This document shows, piece after piece, positions 10,145 to 19,142 of a stretch of DNA of 64,000 bases. Within the stretch, counting starts at the first letter, position 1. Each line of letters opens with the position of its first letter. The DNA comes from an uncultured Chloroflexia bacterium (GTDB lineage: Bacteria > Chloroflexota > Limnocylindria > Limnocylindrales > CSP1-4), in NCBI GenBank assembly GCA_963828165.1, contig CAWHDR010000001.1, positions 1,600,001 to 1,664,000 of the forward strand, in the 5' to 3' direction. Below the pieces are notes generated by a model, which did not search any database, was not told the origin of the DNA, and was given only the letters and a program-made list of their open reading frames with translations. The position numbers and the translations under genes were made by a program.

Positions 10145-10447
10145 ATGGAATGGCTTCCGATCCTCGAGTATCGCGAGTTCTACGACTTGCCTCGCCTGAT
10201 TCTGGTGGAGACTGATGACCGCTTTCTCCTGCTTGACTGCCCGTTCGAGGACGGTTTCGACGATTACGCGGCCGACTTCTTCGTCTACCAGTTGGAGTCC
10301 GACCCTCGCCTGAGTTTCGGAGCCGATTGGAGTGGGCTTCCGGCGACCGGCAGACTTCTCGGGCAGGTGTCAGTCAATTCGATCACGTTCGATTCCACTC
10401 GACGTGAGGCGCTCAAATCGCGCGAGCTGGCGACATTGCTCAGGTGA
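10145..10447 (+). CDS. Hypothetical protein (100 aa, acidic/aromatic)
   Basis: MEWLPILEYREFYDLPRLILV..LLLDCPFEDGFDDY; TACCAT -10-like box 7 nt upstream; its TGA stop lies inside repeat copy 4. Confidence 0.7.
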   Translation: MEWLPILEYREFYDLPRLILVETDDRFLLLDCPFEDGFDDYAADFFVYQLESDPRLSFGADWSGLPATGRLLGQVSVNSITFDSTRREALKSRELATLLR

Positions 10448-10467
10448 CATTGGCGGACACTCACTGA
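10444..10467 (+). repeat. 24-bp cassette-boundary repeat, copy 4 (3' end degenerate)
   Basis: GTGACATTGGCGGACACTCACTGA. Confidence 0.65.
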
Positions 10468-10581
10468 CGCTTGCGTGCCCTGCATCGGAAGGTGTCGACG
10501 ATCGCGACCCGATGAGTCAGGCCCGATTCGGACCGGCCGAGCGCGCCGAGGCGTGGACTCCACAACGGCAGGGCCCGTGGC

Positions 10582-10995
10582 TCAGGTCGTGGCGAACAGT
10601 TCCCCGGTGTATGAGCGGCTGACCCAGAATCCGAGCGCTTCGAGGGCGGCCTCCCGCTCGTCGAGCTCTGCAAGGGTGTCCGCTGCCGGGAACAGGACTC
10701 CGTAGATCCCCAAGGCGTCGACGTCGGTCTCGATCCGTCCTCCGAGCGGTTCGATGGCGCGTTCGAGGTCCGTGCGAGATTTGCCGCCGGAAGGCGCGCC
10801 GGTCATGACGATGAGCGTGCCTCGGGCCATGCAATCGCGGTCGGAATCGCGCATGAACTCTGGCGCCGGACATTCCGCGTCGACCACACGGTGAGGCCAG
10901 CTCGTCGGGCCGAGAGTCACCAAGCTGACGGAAAGGACCACGAGCACCGCTAGGAGCAACGGCGACCTGCCACCGTGCGCGGCCTGCGGAGGCAT
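10582..10995 (-). CDS. Hypothetical membrane-anchored or secreted protein
   Basis: N-terminal hydrophobic stretch LLLAVLVVLSVSLVTL, Cys pair, small alpha/beta domain; start uncertain. Confidence 0.55.
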   Translation of the reverse strand: MPPQAAHGGRSPLLLAVLVVLSVSLVTLGPTSWPHRVVDAECPAPEFMRDSDRDCMARGTLIVMTGAPSGGKSRTDLERAIEPLGGRIETDVDALGIYGVLFPAADTLAELDEREAALEALGFWVSRSYTGELFATT

Positions 10996-11154
10996 CCTGT
11001 CTGACGGTCTTCTCGCGTCCGGGAGCGTCTCCGTCCTCCAATCTCGGAGCGCTGCCGTTGAGCATGACTCAAGCAGCCCCCACATGGAACGACCCAACCG
11101 CGTTGTCGGGTACGAGCAGGCACGCGTACACACTAGTTTCTCCATGTTCGTCAG

Positions 11155-11178
11155 GTGACATTTCCGGACGCTTTGCGA
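11155..11178 (+). repeat. 24-bp cassette-boundary repeat, copy 5
   Basis: GTGACATTTCCGGACGCTTTGCGA. Confidence 0.8.
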
Positions 11179-11264
11179 TGCAGCCCGCGTCGTGACTCCT
11201 CGCTGCGACCGGGGCGTATGCTGCCCGGACCGAGAAGGCTTGGGCGTGGCTAACGGGAGGCGAG

Positions 11265-11561
11265 ATGGCCGAGTCGCTTACGGCGTCGCTGAACCGATGG
11301 CGAACCGGCATGCACCCCCGTGCGACTGAGATGCGGATCACCTCCCTTGGTCGCGTTCACCCTCAGCTAGGTGAAGCGCTGCGCCTGGAGATGACCCCCG
11401 CCGGTCCCGGCGGAGAGGACAGCATTCACCTGCAGTACTACATCGCGACGGACCTGGGACCTTGGGCGCTCTGGCTCTCGTGCGCACGAGAGGATGTTGC
11501 CGACTGCGAGGCTGCTCTTCGGGAGCTCACTCCTCCGTTCGCTGAGGAGCGCCAGACCTAG
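11265..11561 (+). CDS. Hypothetical protein (98 aa)
   Basis: GGGAGG RBS upstream of ATG; protein-like composition. Confidence 0.6.
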   Translation: MAESLTASLNRWRTGMHPRATEMRITSLGRVHPQLGEALRLEMTPAGPGGEDSIHLQYYIATDLGPWALWLSCAREDVADCEAALRELTPPFAEERQT

Positions 11562-11571
11562 CCCGCAGCGA

Positions 11572-11595
11572 GTGACATTCCCGCACGCATTGCGA
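11572..11595 (+). repeat. 24-bp cassette-boundary repeat, copy 6
   Basis: GTGACATTCCCGCACGCATTGCGA. Confidence 0.8.
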
Positions 11596-11677
11596 GATCG
11601 CCAGCCTGTAGCCCAAAGGTGATGCCGATAGCGGCACGGGGCCACGCGGAGCCCGCTCGCGTCAGTACGCTACACGC

Positions 11678-12556
11678 ATGGAGTCCGAGGAAGCCTGGCT
11701 GACCGAGACGCTGTACGACGACGTTCGGATGTCGATCAAGGTGGATCGGGTGCTGTTCGACAGCCAGACCGGGCATCAGCATCTCGTCGTCGCGGAAAGC
11801 GAGCGATTCGGGCGGATGTTCACGCTCGATGGCGTCACGCAGCTGACGATGGCCGACGAGTTCGTCTACCACGAGATGCTGGCGCACGTGCCGATTCTTG
11901 CCCACGGCGCGGCGCGCGACATCGGGATCGTCGGGGGTGGTGATGGCGGCCTCGTCGAGGAGGTCCTCAAGCATTCGTCGGTCGAGCACGTGACGATCGC
12001 CGAGCTCGACGCCGGCGTCATCGACTTCGCCCGAACCTACCTCCCGGACCTCAGCCACGGGGCGTTCGACGATCCTCGCGTGGAGATCGTCCTTGGTGAC
12101 GGGGCCGACTTCGTCGCGACGACCGACCAGCGGTTCGACGCCCTCGTGGTCGACTCGACCGACCCGATCGGTCCGGGCGCGGCCCTGTTCAGCCTCGACT
12201 TCTACACGAACTGCAAGCGCGTGCTGCGGCCGGGCGGCGTGCTCGTGACCCAGAACGGCGTCCCGTTCTTCCAGCCCGAGGAGCTCGAGTCATCGATGCG
12301 CTTCTTCGGCGGTCTGTTCGCCGACGCGACCTGCTACCTCGGGGTGGTGCCGACCTACGTCGGCGGGTTCATGGCCTTCGGTTGGGGCACGGATGACGTC
12401 GCGCTCCGGACCGTGCCGGTCGACATGATCCGGGAGCGGTTCGATGCGGCGGGCCTCGACACCCGTTACTACACGCCCGAGGTCCACCGGGCGAGCTTCG
12501 CCTTGCCGAGGTTCATCGGCGACATCGTGGAGCGAGGCCGCGGGTTCGGCGCCTGA
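11678..12556 (+). CDS. speE: Polyamine aminopropyltransferase (spermidine synthase)
   Basis: LDGVTQLT..DEFVYHEMLAHVP, IVGGGDGG, DSTDPIGPG, YYTPEVHRASFALP. Confidence 0.92.
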   Translation: MESEEAWLTETLYDDVRMSIKVDRVLFDSQTGHQHLVVAESERFGRMFTLDGVTQLTMADEFVYHEMLAHVPILAHGAARDIGIVGGGDGGLVEEVLKHSSVEHVTIAELDAGVIDFARTYLPDLSHGAFDDPRVEIVLGDGADFVATTDQRFDALVVDSTDPIGPGAALFSLDFYTNCKRVLRPGGVLVTQNGVPFFQPEELESSMRFFGGLFADATCYLGVVPTYVGGFMAFGWGTDDVALRTVPVDMIRERFDAAGLDTRYYTPEVHRASFALPRFIGDIVERGRGFGA

Positions 12557-13300
12557 TCAGCGTCGGCTGAGCCAGTCGTCCAGACGCGTCGGGGCGATGC
12601 GGGCGTCCGGTCCCGGGGTCAGGGTCCGATCGTCGAGGTGGGCGCCGAAATACGGCACGGTGTCGTCGGTGACGACCGGACGCGGGTCGCCGGCCGCGGA
12701 CAGGACCCGCCGAACCAGCTCGTCCAACCCGATCGCCTCGGGGCCAGCCACCTCAACCGTGCCGTCGATCGGCGATCCCTCGACGACGTCCGCCACGGCG
12801 ACGGCCAGGTCGCTGACCGCGATGGGCTGGAGGTTGGCCGACGGGAGTCGCACGGTGCCGTCGGTCGCGGCGGAGTCGGCGATCCCGCCGAGGAACTCGA
12901 AGAACTGGGTGGCCCGGATGATGGTGTACGGGACGCCGCCGTCCGCCACGAGGCGTTCCTGCGCGACCTTGGCCCGCATGTAGCCGCTGTCGGGCGCGCG
13001 ATCCGCACCGACGATCGACAGCACCACGTGGTGCTTGGTGCCCGCCTCGCGCTCGGCCGCCAGCAGGGTGCCGGTCGAGGTCTGGAAGAACTCGAGCACC
13101 GCGGCCTCCTCGAACGATGGCGCGTTGGAGACGTCGACGACGATCTCCGCGCCCGCCAGGCCTTCGGCCACGCCAGCACCGGAGATGGTGTCAAAGCCTG
13201 TGCTCGGTGCCGCCGCCACCGCTTCGTGCCCTCGGCGTTCTAGTTCGGCCACCACCTGCGAGCCGAGTCGCCCGGTCCCACCCACGACCACGACCTTCAT
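12557..13300 (-). CDS. Atypical SDR / NmrA-like NAD(P)H-binding protein
   Basis: MKVVVVGGTGRLG, LSIVGADR, YMRAKVAQE, RATQFFEF. Confidence 0.85.
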   Translation of the reverse strand: MKVVVVGGTGRLGSQVVAELERRGHEAVAAAPSTGFDTISGAGVAEGLAGAEIVVDVSNAPSFEEAAVLEFFQTSTGTLLAAEREAGTKHHVVLSIVGADRAPDSGYMRAKVAQERLVADGGVPYTIIRATQFFEFLGGIADSAATDGTVRLPSANLQPIAVSDLAVAVADVVEGSPIDGTVEVAGPEAIGLDELVRRVLSAAGDPRPVVTDDTVPYFGAHLDDRTLTPGPDARIAPTRLDDWLSRR

Positions 13301-13347
13301 TCGCGTTCCCCTCTGCTTCGCCGGGCTCATCGAGGGGAGAATGCTAT

Positions 13348-13773
13348 ATGTCCCGACGCAGGAAGGCTCTGACCGCGATCGTAGCGACGGGCGTGTTGGC
13401 CCTCGCGCTTGTGGCCATCAGGGTGGCGCCGCTGTTCACCGGTCCGGCCCTGCCCGCCGGCGCCGAGCGGCTGCACATCACCACGGCCGCCCCAAACCTG
13501 AACATGGGTTGCGCGACCGCCTTGCTTTCCCCAGTCCGTGTTTCGACTGACGGCGACTCGCTGACGCTTGTTGTCGTCGAATCGGGCGAGCCAGTGCGTG
13601 TCGTCTGGCCGGCCGGCTTCGGCGCGTGGCGGATCGACGGCAAGGCGGTGGTCGCCGATCCGTGGGGCAGCGTCGTCGGCAGAGAGGGGAACGTCCTCGA
13701 CGGTTTCGGTGGAGGCTACGGCTCGGACGATGTCTTCCATATCTGCCCGTTCGGCATCGTGACCGAGCGCTGA
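13348..13773 (+). CDS. Hypothetical exported or membrane-anchored protein
   Basis: Basic N-terminus plus hydrophobic helix; VVWPAGF motif; two Cys. Confidence 0.6.
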   Translation: MSRRRKALTAIVATGVLALALVAIRVAPLFTGPALPAGAERLHITTAAPNLNMGCATALLSPVRVSTDGDSLTLVVVESGEPVRVVWPAGFGAWRIDGKAVVADPWGSVVGREGNVLDGFGGGYGSDDVFHICPFGIVTER

Positions 13774-13826
13774 AGCGAAGGTCAGAATGCTGGTCCTCGG
13801 GTAGGTGTAGTCAAGGGAGGCTCGCG

Positions 13827-14297
13827 ATGGATCAGGTCCCGGGTGGCGCTTTCGTGCTCGGTCCGGGCGAGGGGCGCTCGATCGACCTCGGCAACTTCAG
13901 GATGTCGGTGAAGGCGACTGGCGATGACACCAGCTCGGCGTTCACCCTGCTGGAGGCCGCCGAGCCGGCAGGTTTCGGCCCGCCGATGCACATCCACCAC
14001 GACGCGGCCGAGGCCTTCTACGTGCTCGCCGGGGAGTACCTGATCTTCCTCGAGGACCGGGAGTTCACCTGCCCGGCCGGCTCATTCATCTACATCCCGA
14101 TCGGGCTCCGCCACGGCTTTCGCGTCGGTCCCGTGCCCAGCCGGAAGCTGAACCTGTACAGCCCAGCAGCGATGGTCGGCTACTTCGATGAGCTCAGCGC
14201 GGCGATCGCGGCCGCACAGCCCGAAGCGGACCTCGACGCGATCGCGAGCCGCCACGGCATGGAGGTCGTCGGACCCGTGCCAGAGGGATACCTGTAG
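13827..14297 (+). CDS. Cupin domain protein (quercetin dioxygenase-like)
   Basis: GPPMHIHHDAAEAFYVLAGE, GSFIYIPIGLRHGF; GGGAGG RBS. Confidence 0.85.
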   Translation: MDQVPGGAFVLGPGEGRSIDLGNFRMSVKATGDDTSSAFTLLEAAEPAGFGPPMHIHHDAAEAFYVLAGEYLIFLEDREFTCPAGSFIYIPIGLRHGFRVGPVPSRKLNLYSPAAMVGYFDELSAAIAAAQPEADLDAIASRHGMEVVGPVPEGYL

Positions 14298-14299
14298 CC

Positions 14300-15074
14300 A
14301 TGCTCGATCGGGCGCGTCGGTTGCTCCGAGGCGGCGCCTCCCCCGAATCGGCGACGCGTGCCACCGGCGACGACGCGTTGACCGAAGGGCGTCTATGCGG
14401 GACCCGGACGCATCACCCACTACGTGCTCGACGGCCGGACGACGACGCTCTGCGGGAAGCAGCCCAAGGGACTGCATCGATGGGCGAGCTCGTGGTCCTT
14501 CGTCGAGCCCGGCAAGCGGTGCAAGCGCTGCGACGCGCTGATCGGGGACCGCGCGAACGAGCGTCACGGCCCGCCGACGTACGCCGACACGGCCCTGTTC
14601 GGGGTCGTGCCCCCCGGGCTCTCGGGGGAACAGCAGGTCGCGTTCCGGGCTGACTGGGAGCGGGATGCGGCCAGGCGGCGGGGCGACCCTCCACCACCGG
14701 CTGGTGCCACGTTCAGCGATCCGCCGTTCCTGTACGCCAAGGATCCATTCCGGCGGCACGGGACACGCGAGTCGACGTATGACCGGGTGATCAACGACGT
14801 GTACGTCCGGATCGGGAACGGCAAGAAGTGGCATCGGATCTACGAGACCCACCTGCCAAGCGAGAACCCGGTCCTCGCTCCGTACGGGCGGAGCTTCCTC
14901 TGCCCCTGCGGCGATGTCGCCTCGGACCTCTTCAAGGACGACAAGGGAGAGCTCTACCCGCTGCCCCTTCGAACCGACGTCCCGGATGCAGCCGAGATCT
15001 GTAAAGGCTGCGCGCAGTCCGACGCGAAGCAGGGCAAGCTGGGCGACCTCCCGACGCATCGCTGGGACCGGTGA
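14300..15074 (+). CDS. Hypothetical Cys/His-containing protein, probable frameshift at ~14382-14420
   Basis: Main frame 14424-15074 has two H..C..CxxC modules; that frame is closed by TGA at 14379, so the ATG at 14300 in another frame is the likely start. Confidence 0.5.
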
Positions 15075-15116
15075 CAAGGGTAGGGTCATGCCGTACGATC
15101 GGTGCAGGGAGGCACC

Positions 15117-15491
15117 ATGACCAAGAAGATCGAGGGCGACGGCCCGACCACGGCCGAAACCCTGCAGGACTGGCGCAGCGCTGAGCGCGCCGCCGCCGTC
15201 GCGAGGCGAGGCCGTGTCGCCGCGGAGGCTTCAGCGGCCGCAGCGACCGATGCCGCCGACGCGGCTCTCGCCACCGCTGAGGCGGCCAAAGGTGCCCTCG
15301 AAGCGATGGTGCTCGCAGAGAAATCCGCCGCCAAGACGGCCGAGGCCGCAAAACTTGCGGCGCTCTCGGCGCGCGCCGATGTGGCCGATGCGGAGTCCGA
15401 ATCGGCGATGGCCGACGTTGACGAGGCCGAGAGCCACGATCGCTACACCGAGGCGAGCAGCCGCGCCGCACAACGCACGACCAAGTCCTGA
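15117..15491 (+). CDS. Ala-rich helical hypothetical protein
   Basis: GGGAGG RBS; coiled-coil-like Ala/Glu composition. Confidence 0.65.
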   Translation: MTKKIEGDGPTTAETLQDWRSAERAAAVARRGRVAAEASAAAATDAADAALATAEAAKGALEAMVLAEKSAAKTAEAAKLAALSARADVADAESESAMADVDEAESHDRYTEASSRAAQRTTKS

Positions 15492-15518
15492 GGGCACCCC
15501 TCAGCAGGTCTCGCTGGG

Positions 15519-15830
15519 TCAGCTCCGGCGAACCGTCGGTCCGCGATGCACGGCCGAGGTCATCGGTGTGTCCGGACCGGTGATCTCGACGACTTCGGGG
15601 TCGGGCGTGGTGCCTGGAGCGCCGTCCATGGCGCCGCCCGGTCCCCGAGGCACCGACAACGAGTAGTGGACCGGCTCTTCCTCTTGAACGCCCTGGGGCC
15701 ATCCCGCGCCCCGATACGGCACGAATCCCGCCCCGAAGGTGTCAAGGCCGCGGGCCGTCGTCGGACTGGCGACGTACGCAACCAGCGCGGCGCCGAGGAT
15801 GACGAAAACGACAGCGGCGAAGATATCCAT
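15519..15830 (-). CDS. Hypothetical membrane protein
   Basis: MDIFAAVVFVILGAALVAYV hydrophobic N-terminus; GWPQGVQEEEP. Confidence 0.6.
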   Translation of the reverse strand: MDIFAAVVFVILGAALVAYVASPTTARGLDTFGAGFVPYRGAGWPQGVQEEEPVHYSLSVPRGPGGAMDGAPGTTPDPEVVEITGPDTPMTSAVHRGPTVRRS

Positions 15831-15966
15831 GGTTCCTGTGCCTCCGTCGACTGTGCGCTTCTCGTACAGGACCGTCAACCGCTCTCGACCCGCTGAAAGG
15901 CGGACCGGGACGATGGGAGGCAGACTCTGCCTACGCTCAGCCGGAACAATCAGAAGGAGCGACACC

Positions 15967-16548
15967 GTGAACCTCTTCGGCCGCCGCGATCCTGAGCCCG
16001 CCACCGACCAGACCACCGACGAACAGGCCCTCGCGCGCTACCGCTACATGCTGGCGACCGCGCCGCCCGAGGACGTCGAGCGCGCCCACGAGGAAGCGTT
16101 CGCGAAGCTGACGCCGGAGCAGCGTCAGCAGGCGCTTCAGGCCCTCGCACAGCATGTCCCGGACGGCGAGATCCGCGGCGACGATCCAGCCTCGCTCGCC
16201 CGCGCGGCGACGAGGGCCGAGATCCGCCAGCCGGGCACCATCGAGCGCGCCTGGGGCTCGGGCGGTGCCGGGTTCGGCTTGGGCAGCTGGTTCATGACGA
16301 CGCTGGCCGCGAGCTTCATCGGGACCGCGATCGCGCAATCCTTCTTCGACAACGATCCGGGTACTTCCGGCGACGGGCAATCGGCCGACGACGGCAGCCA
16401 GGGCTCGGACGGCGGCGAGACGGCGGATACCGGCTCGACCGACTCAGGGGATGGTGGTGACTTCGGCGGCGACGCCGGGGGAGGCGACTTCGGCGGCGGC
16501 GATCTCGGGGGAGGCGACTTCGGCGGCGGCGACTTCGGCGGCTTCTGA
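15967..16548 (+). CDS. Hypothetical protein with GGDFGG-repeat C-terminal tail
   Basis: AAGGAG RBS plus GTG; QALARYRYMLATAPPEDVERAHEEAFAKLT; Gly/Asp/Phe repeats. Confidence 0.75.
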   Translation: MNLFGRRDPEPATDQTTDEQALARYRYMLATAPPEDVERAHEEAFAKLTPEQRQQALQALAQHVPDGEIRGDDPASLARAATRAEIRQPGTIERAWGSGGAGFGLGSWFMTTLAASFIGTAIAQSFFDNDPGTSGDGQSADDGSQGSDGGETADTGSTDSGDGGDFGGDAGGGDFGGGDLGGGDFGGGDFGGF

Positions 16549-16560
16549 GCGTGGCGGCGT

Positions 16561-17760
16561 TCAACGCCCCGTGGACACCCTGCTCTCGAATCCCTCGATC
16601 AGGTCGAACAGCTCGTCCGCAGCGTACTGCTTGTCGTAGCCGCCCTGGCTGATCTGCCGGATGACGCCGGCTCCGGCGAGGACCTTGAGGCCCTCGAGTG
16701 CCCGTTGGTGGCGCGCGCCGATCGCGGCCCGGATCGTCGACGCAGACGTGATCGGTTGGGCCGGCAGCACGCCGATGATCCGCGCGGCCGCGGAATCGCG
16801 GCGCGGTCGCCCGGCTCGCTCGTACCAGGCGGCCTCGAGGTCCGCGACCCGCCCGGCGAGGTCGACCGACGATTCGGCGGCCCGGGTGCAGGCAGCGGCG
16901 AACGACGCGCACCACTGGTCCAGTCGACCGTCGCGGAACCCGACAAGGCCGTCGACGTAGGCGTGCGGCCGAGCGGCCAGTACGATCGAGACCGGCGGCA
17001 CGAACGCCGGGGCGATCCCGCGCCGGCGCAACAGCACGTGGATGAGCGCCCGGCCCACGCGCCCGTTGCCGTCGACGAAGGGATGGATCGTCTCGAACTG
17101 GGCATGGGCGATGGCGGCCTGGGCCACGGGCGGCAGGTCGTCGCGGTTCATGAAATAGACCAGGTCGAGCATCAGCGACTCGACCTCATCCTCCGGCGGC
17201 GGGACGTAGCGGGCGTCGGCCGGCGTCGTGAGTCGGCCACCGAGCCAGTTCTGTTCGCGACGGAACGAACCGGGCATGATCCGCGGCGATTCTGCGGCCA
17301 TGAGTGTCCGATGGATCGCCAGGACATCCTCCGTCGTGAGCGCGGACCCTCGATCGCCAAGGGCGATGGCCTCTTCCATCGCGACGACATTGGCGGCGAC
17401 GGCTCGTGCGCTTCCCTTGGCGGCACGAGGGTCGATCAGCGCGCGAGCGAGGTTGCGTTGGCTGAGCTCGATGCCCTCGATGCGGCTCGACGCGATCGCC
17501 TCCGAGCGCAGGAGGAGCGGCCCGATCGCCTCGAGTCCTCGCACGCGTTCGTCGGCGTTGAGCTGCCCGATCGCGAGCTCGGCGTCGTTGATCGAGCGTG
17601 CCGTGTCGAAGCTCACCGCCGGATCGATCCTCGCGATCAGAGCCGGCAGGAACGCGCGGTAGACGAAGCCTTCGCCGCGCTTGCGGCCACCCGCGACACC
17701 GAGATCGCCCTCCCAGTGCCGCTCGACCCAACTCACGTTCCCGTCATTCCTCCGTGCCAA
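16561..17760 (-). CDS. Fic family protein (AMPylase), class II-like
   Basis: HPFVDGNGRVGR catalytic motif; N-terminal SSRIEG inhibitory-type motif. Confidence 0.9.
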   Translation of the reverse strand: MARRNDGNVSWVERHWEGDLGVAGGRKRGEGFVYRAFLPALIARIDPAVSFDTARSINDAELAIGQLNADERVRGLEAIGPLLLRSEAIASSRIEGIELSQRNLARALIDPRAAKGSARAVAANVVAMEEAIALGDRGSALTTEDVLAIHRTLMAAESPRIMPGSFRREQNWLGGRLTTPADARYVPPPEDEVESLMLDLVYFMNRDDLPPVAQAAIAHAQFETIHPFVDGNGRVGRALIHVLLRRRGIAPAFVPPVSIVLAARPHAYVDGLVGFRDGRLDQWCASFAAACTRAAESSVDLAGRVADLEAAWYERAGRPRRDSAAARIIGVLPAQPITSASTIRAAIGARHQRALEGLKVLAGAGVIRQISQGGYDKQYAADELFDLIEGFESRVSTGR

Positions 17761-17822
17761 GCGTGACGCCTTAAAGCGAAACCATAGCCTAAACCGTCAA
17801 AGTGCGGGTCCAAAGTGACGGG

Positions 17823-19097
17823 TTAGCCGAGTCGCTGGCGCAGCGCCGTGGCGAATCGGCGGCTGATCGTGTCGGGGTCGAACCGCCGAGCGGTTGCGAG
17901 GGCCGCATCCCGGGCGGTCGTGGTCAAGAGACCATCCACGCGCCGGAGCGCCGCACCGAGGGCGGCCCGGTCTTCGGGCTCGAAGGTGATGGCGGCGTCA
18001 GACCCGACGGTCTCCGAGACATGGGGCGAAGCGGCCGCGATCACAGGTCGTCCGAACGACAGCGCCAGCAACAGCGCGCCCGAGTTCAGCGAGGACCGAT
18101 AGGGCAACACGATGACGTCGCTGGCACGCAGCGGGGTCGACAGCTCGTCGACCGGGATGCGACGCGCATCGACGACGACATCGGGATGGGCTCGCGCCCG
18201 CGCAAGGAGCGCCTCGATCGACGGATCGGCACTCGGTGTCCCGGCGATCAACAGTCGACGTCGCCGCGTGTCCGGTGGCGCGGCCGCCACCGACACGAAC
18301 GCGTCGAGCAGCTCGTCGAGACCCTTGTATGGGCGGAGGTGACCGACGAGCGCGAACACGATGTCGTTCTCGCCCAGGCCGTAGGTGCGCCGTGCATCCG
18401 CATCCGACACGTCGTCCGGGTAGACCCCGAGGTAGGCGGGGTGGGGGAGGTGGAACACCTTGTCCGCCGGGATCTCGTACAGGGATGCTGCTGCCGCCAC
18501 CGTGCCCTCGGACAGGACATGCACGACGTCGGCGCGGGCCACGACGCCACGTCGCAGCTCGACGTCCACAGTCGGGAACGGCGTGTCGTGGGGGAGGACG
18601 TTGTGTGCCGTCCAGACGATGCGCCCACCGGCCGCCCGGAACGCGTCGAGCGCGCCGAGGAAGGCCGCGACGCGCTGTCGCCCGTCGTTTTCGGACGTTG
18701 CGCCACGCAGCACGCGGGCGAGCCAATGCAGGTGCAGGACGACGTCCACGTCATCGGCCTTCAGCGCGACGAGCGCCGGCAGCGCGACGGGATCGTCGAG
18801 GTCGGCCAGACGGTCCATGCCGACCGGCACGAGCCCGGCCTCCTCGAAACGGCTGGTGAGCAGGGCCTGGAACGGGTTCTGGGCATCGAGCGGCCAGGTC
18901 GCCACGACCATCGGTCGGTCGTGGCCGGCAGCGCGGACGCGCGCGATCCCCTCGGTGGCGTCGGCGAGGTAGCGGCGTTTCGGTCGCGACCCGCCCGGCC
19001 CGCTCGGCCCGCTCGACCCGCTCGGCCCGCCTGGCTCGGCCTCGTCGCTGGCGGCTCCGCGCAGCAATCGGCGGATCGTCTGGCGAAGGTCCGGCAT
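17823..19097 (-). CDS. Glycosyltransferase family 4 protein
   Basis: LHLHW, IVWTAHNVLPH, GHLRPYKG, VLPYRSSLNSGALLLALSFGRPV. Confidence 0.85.
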   Translation of the reverse strand: MPDLRQTIRRLLRGAASDEAEPGGPSGSSGPSGPGGSRPKRRYLADATEGIARVRAAGHDRPMVVATWPLDAQNPFQALLTSRFEEAGLVPVGMDRLADLDDPVALPALVALKADDVDVVLHLHWLARVLRGATSENDGRQRVAAFLGALDAFRAAGGRIVWTAHNVLPHDTPFPTVDVELRRGVVARADVVHVLSEGTVAAAASLYEIPADKVFHLPHPAYLGVYPDDVSDADARRTYGLGENDIVFALVGHLRPYKGLDELLDAFVSVAAAPPDTRRRRLLIAGTPSADPSIEALLARARAHPDVVVDARRIPVDELSTPLRASDVIVLPYRSSLNSGALLLALSFGRPVIAAASPHVSETVGSDAAITFEPEDRAALGAALRRVDGLLTTTARDAALATARRFDPDTISRRFATALRQRLG

Positions 19098-19142
19098 ACC
19101 GGCGAAGGATAGGTGACGGACGCGTCGTTCATACTTGGGCCG

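Noticed and set aside
8773-11595. CRISPR array interpretation of the 24-bp repeats
   Set aside because: Spacing is 0.3-1 kb with whole genes between copies, the copies are degenerate, and there are no cas genes.
8773-11595. Classical integron (attC) array
   Set aside because: No RYYYAAC...GTTRRRY palindromic sites, ORFs alternate in orientation, and there is no intI in the window.
16440-16548. GGCGACTTCGGCGGC tandem repeats
   Set aside because: They encode the GGDFGG low-complexity protein tail.
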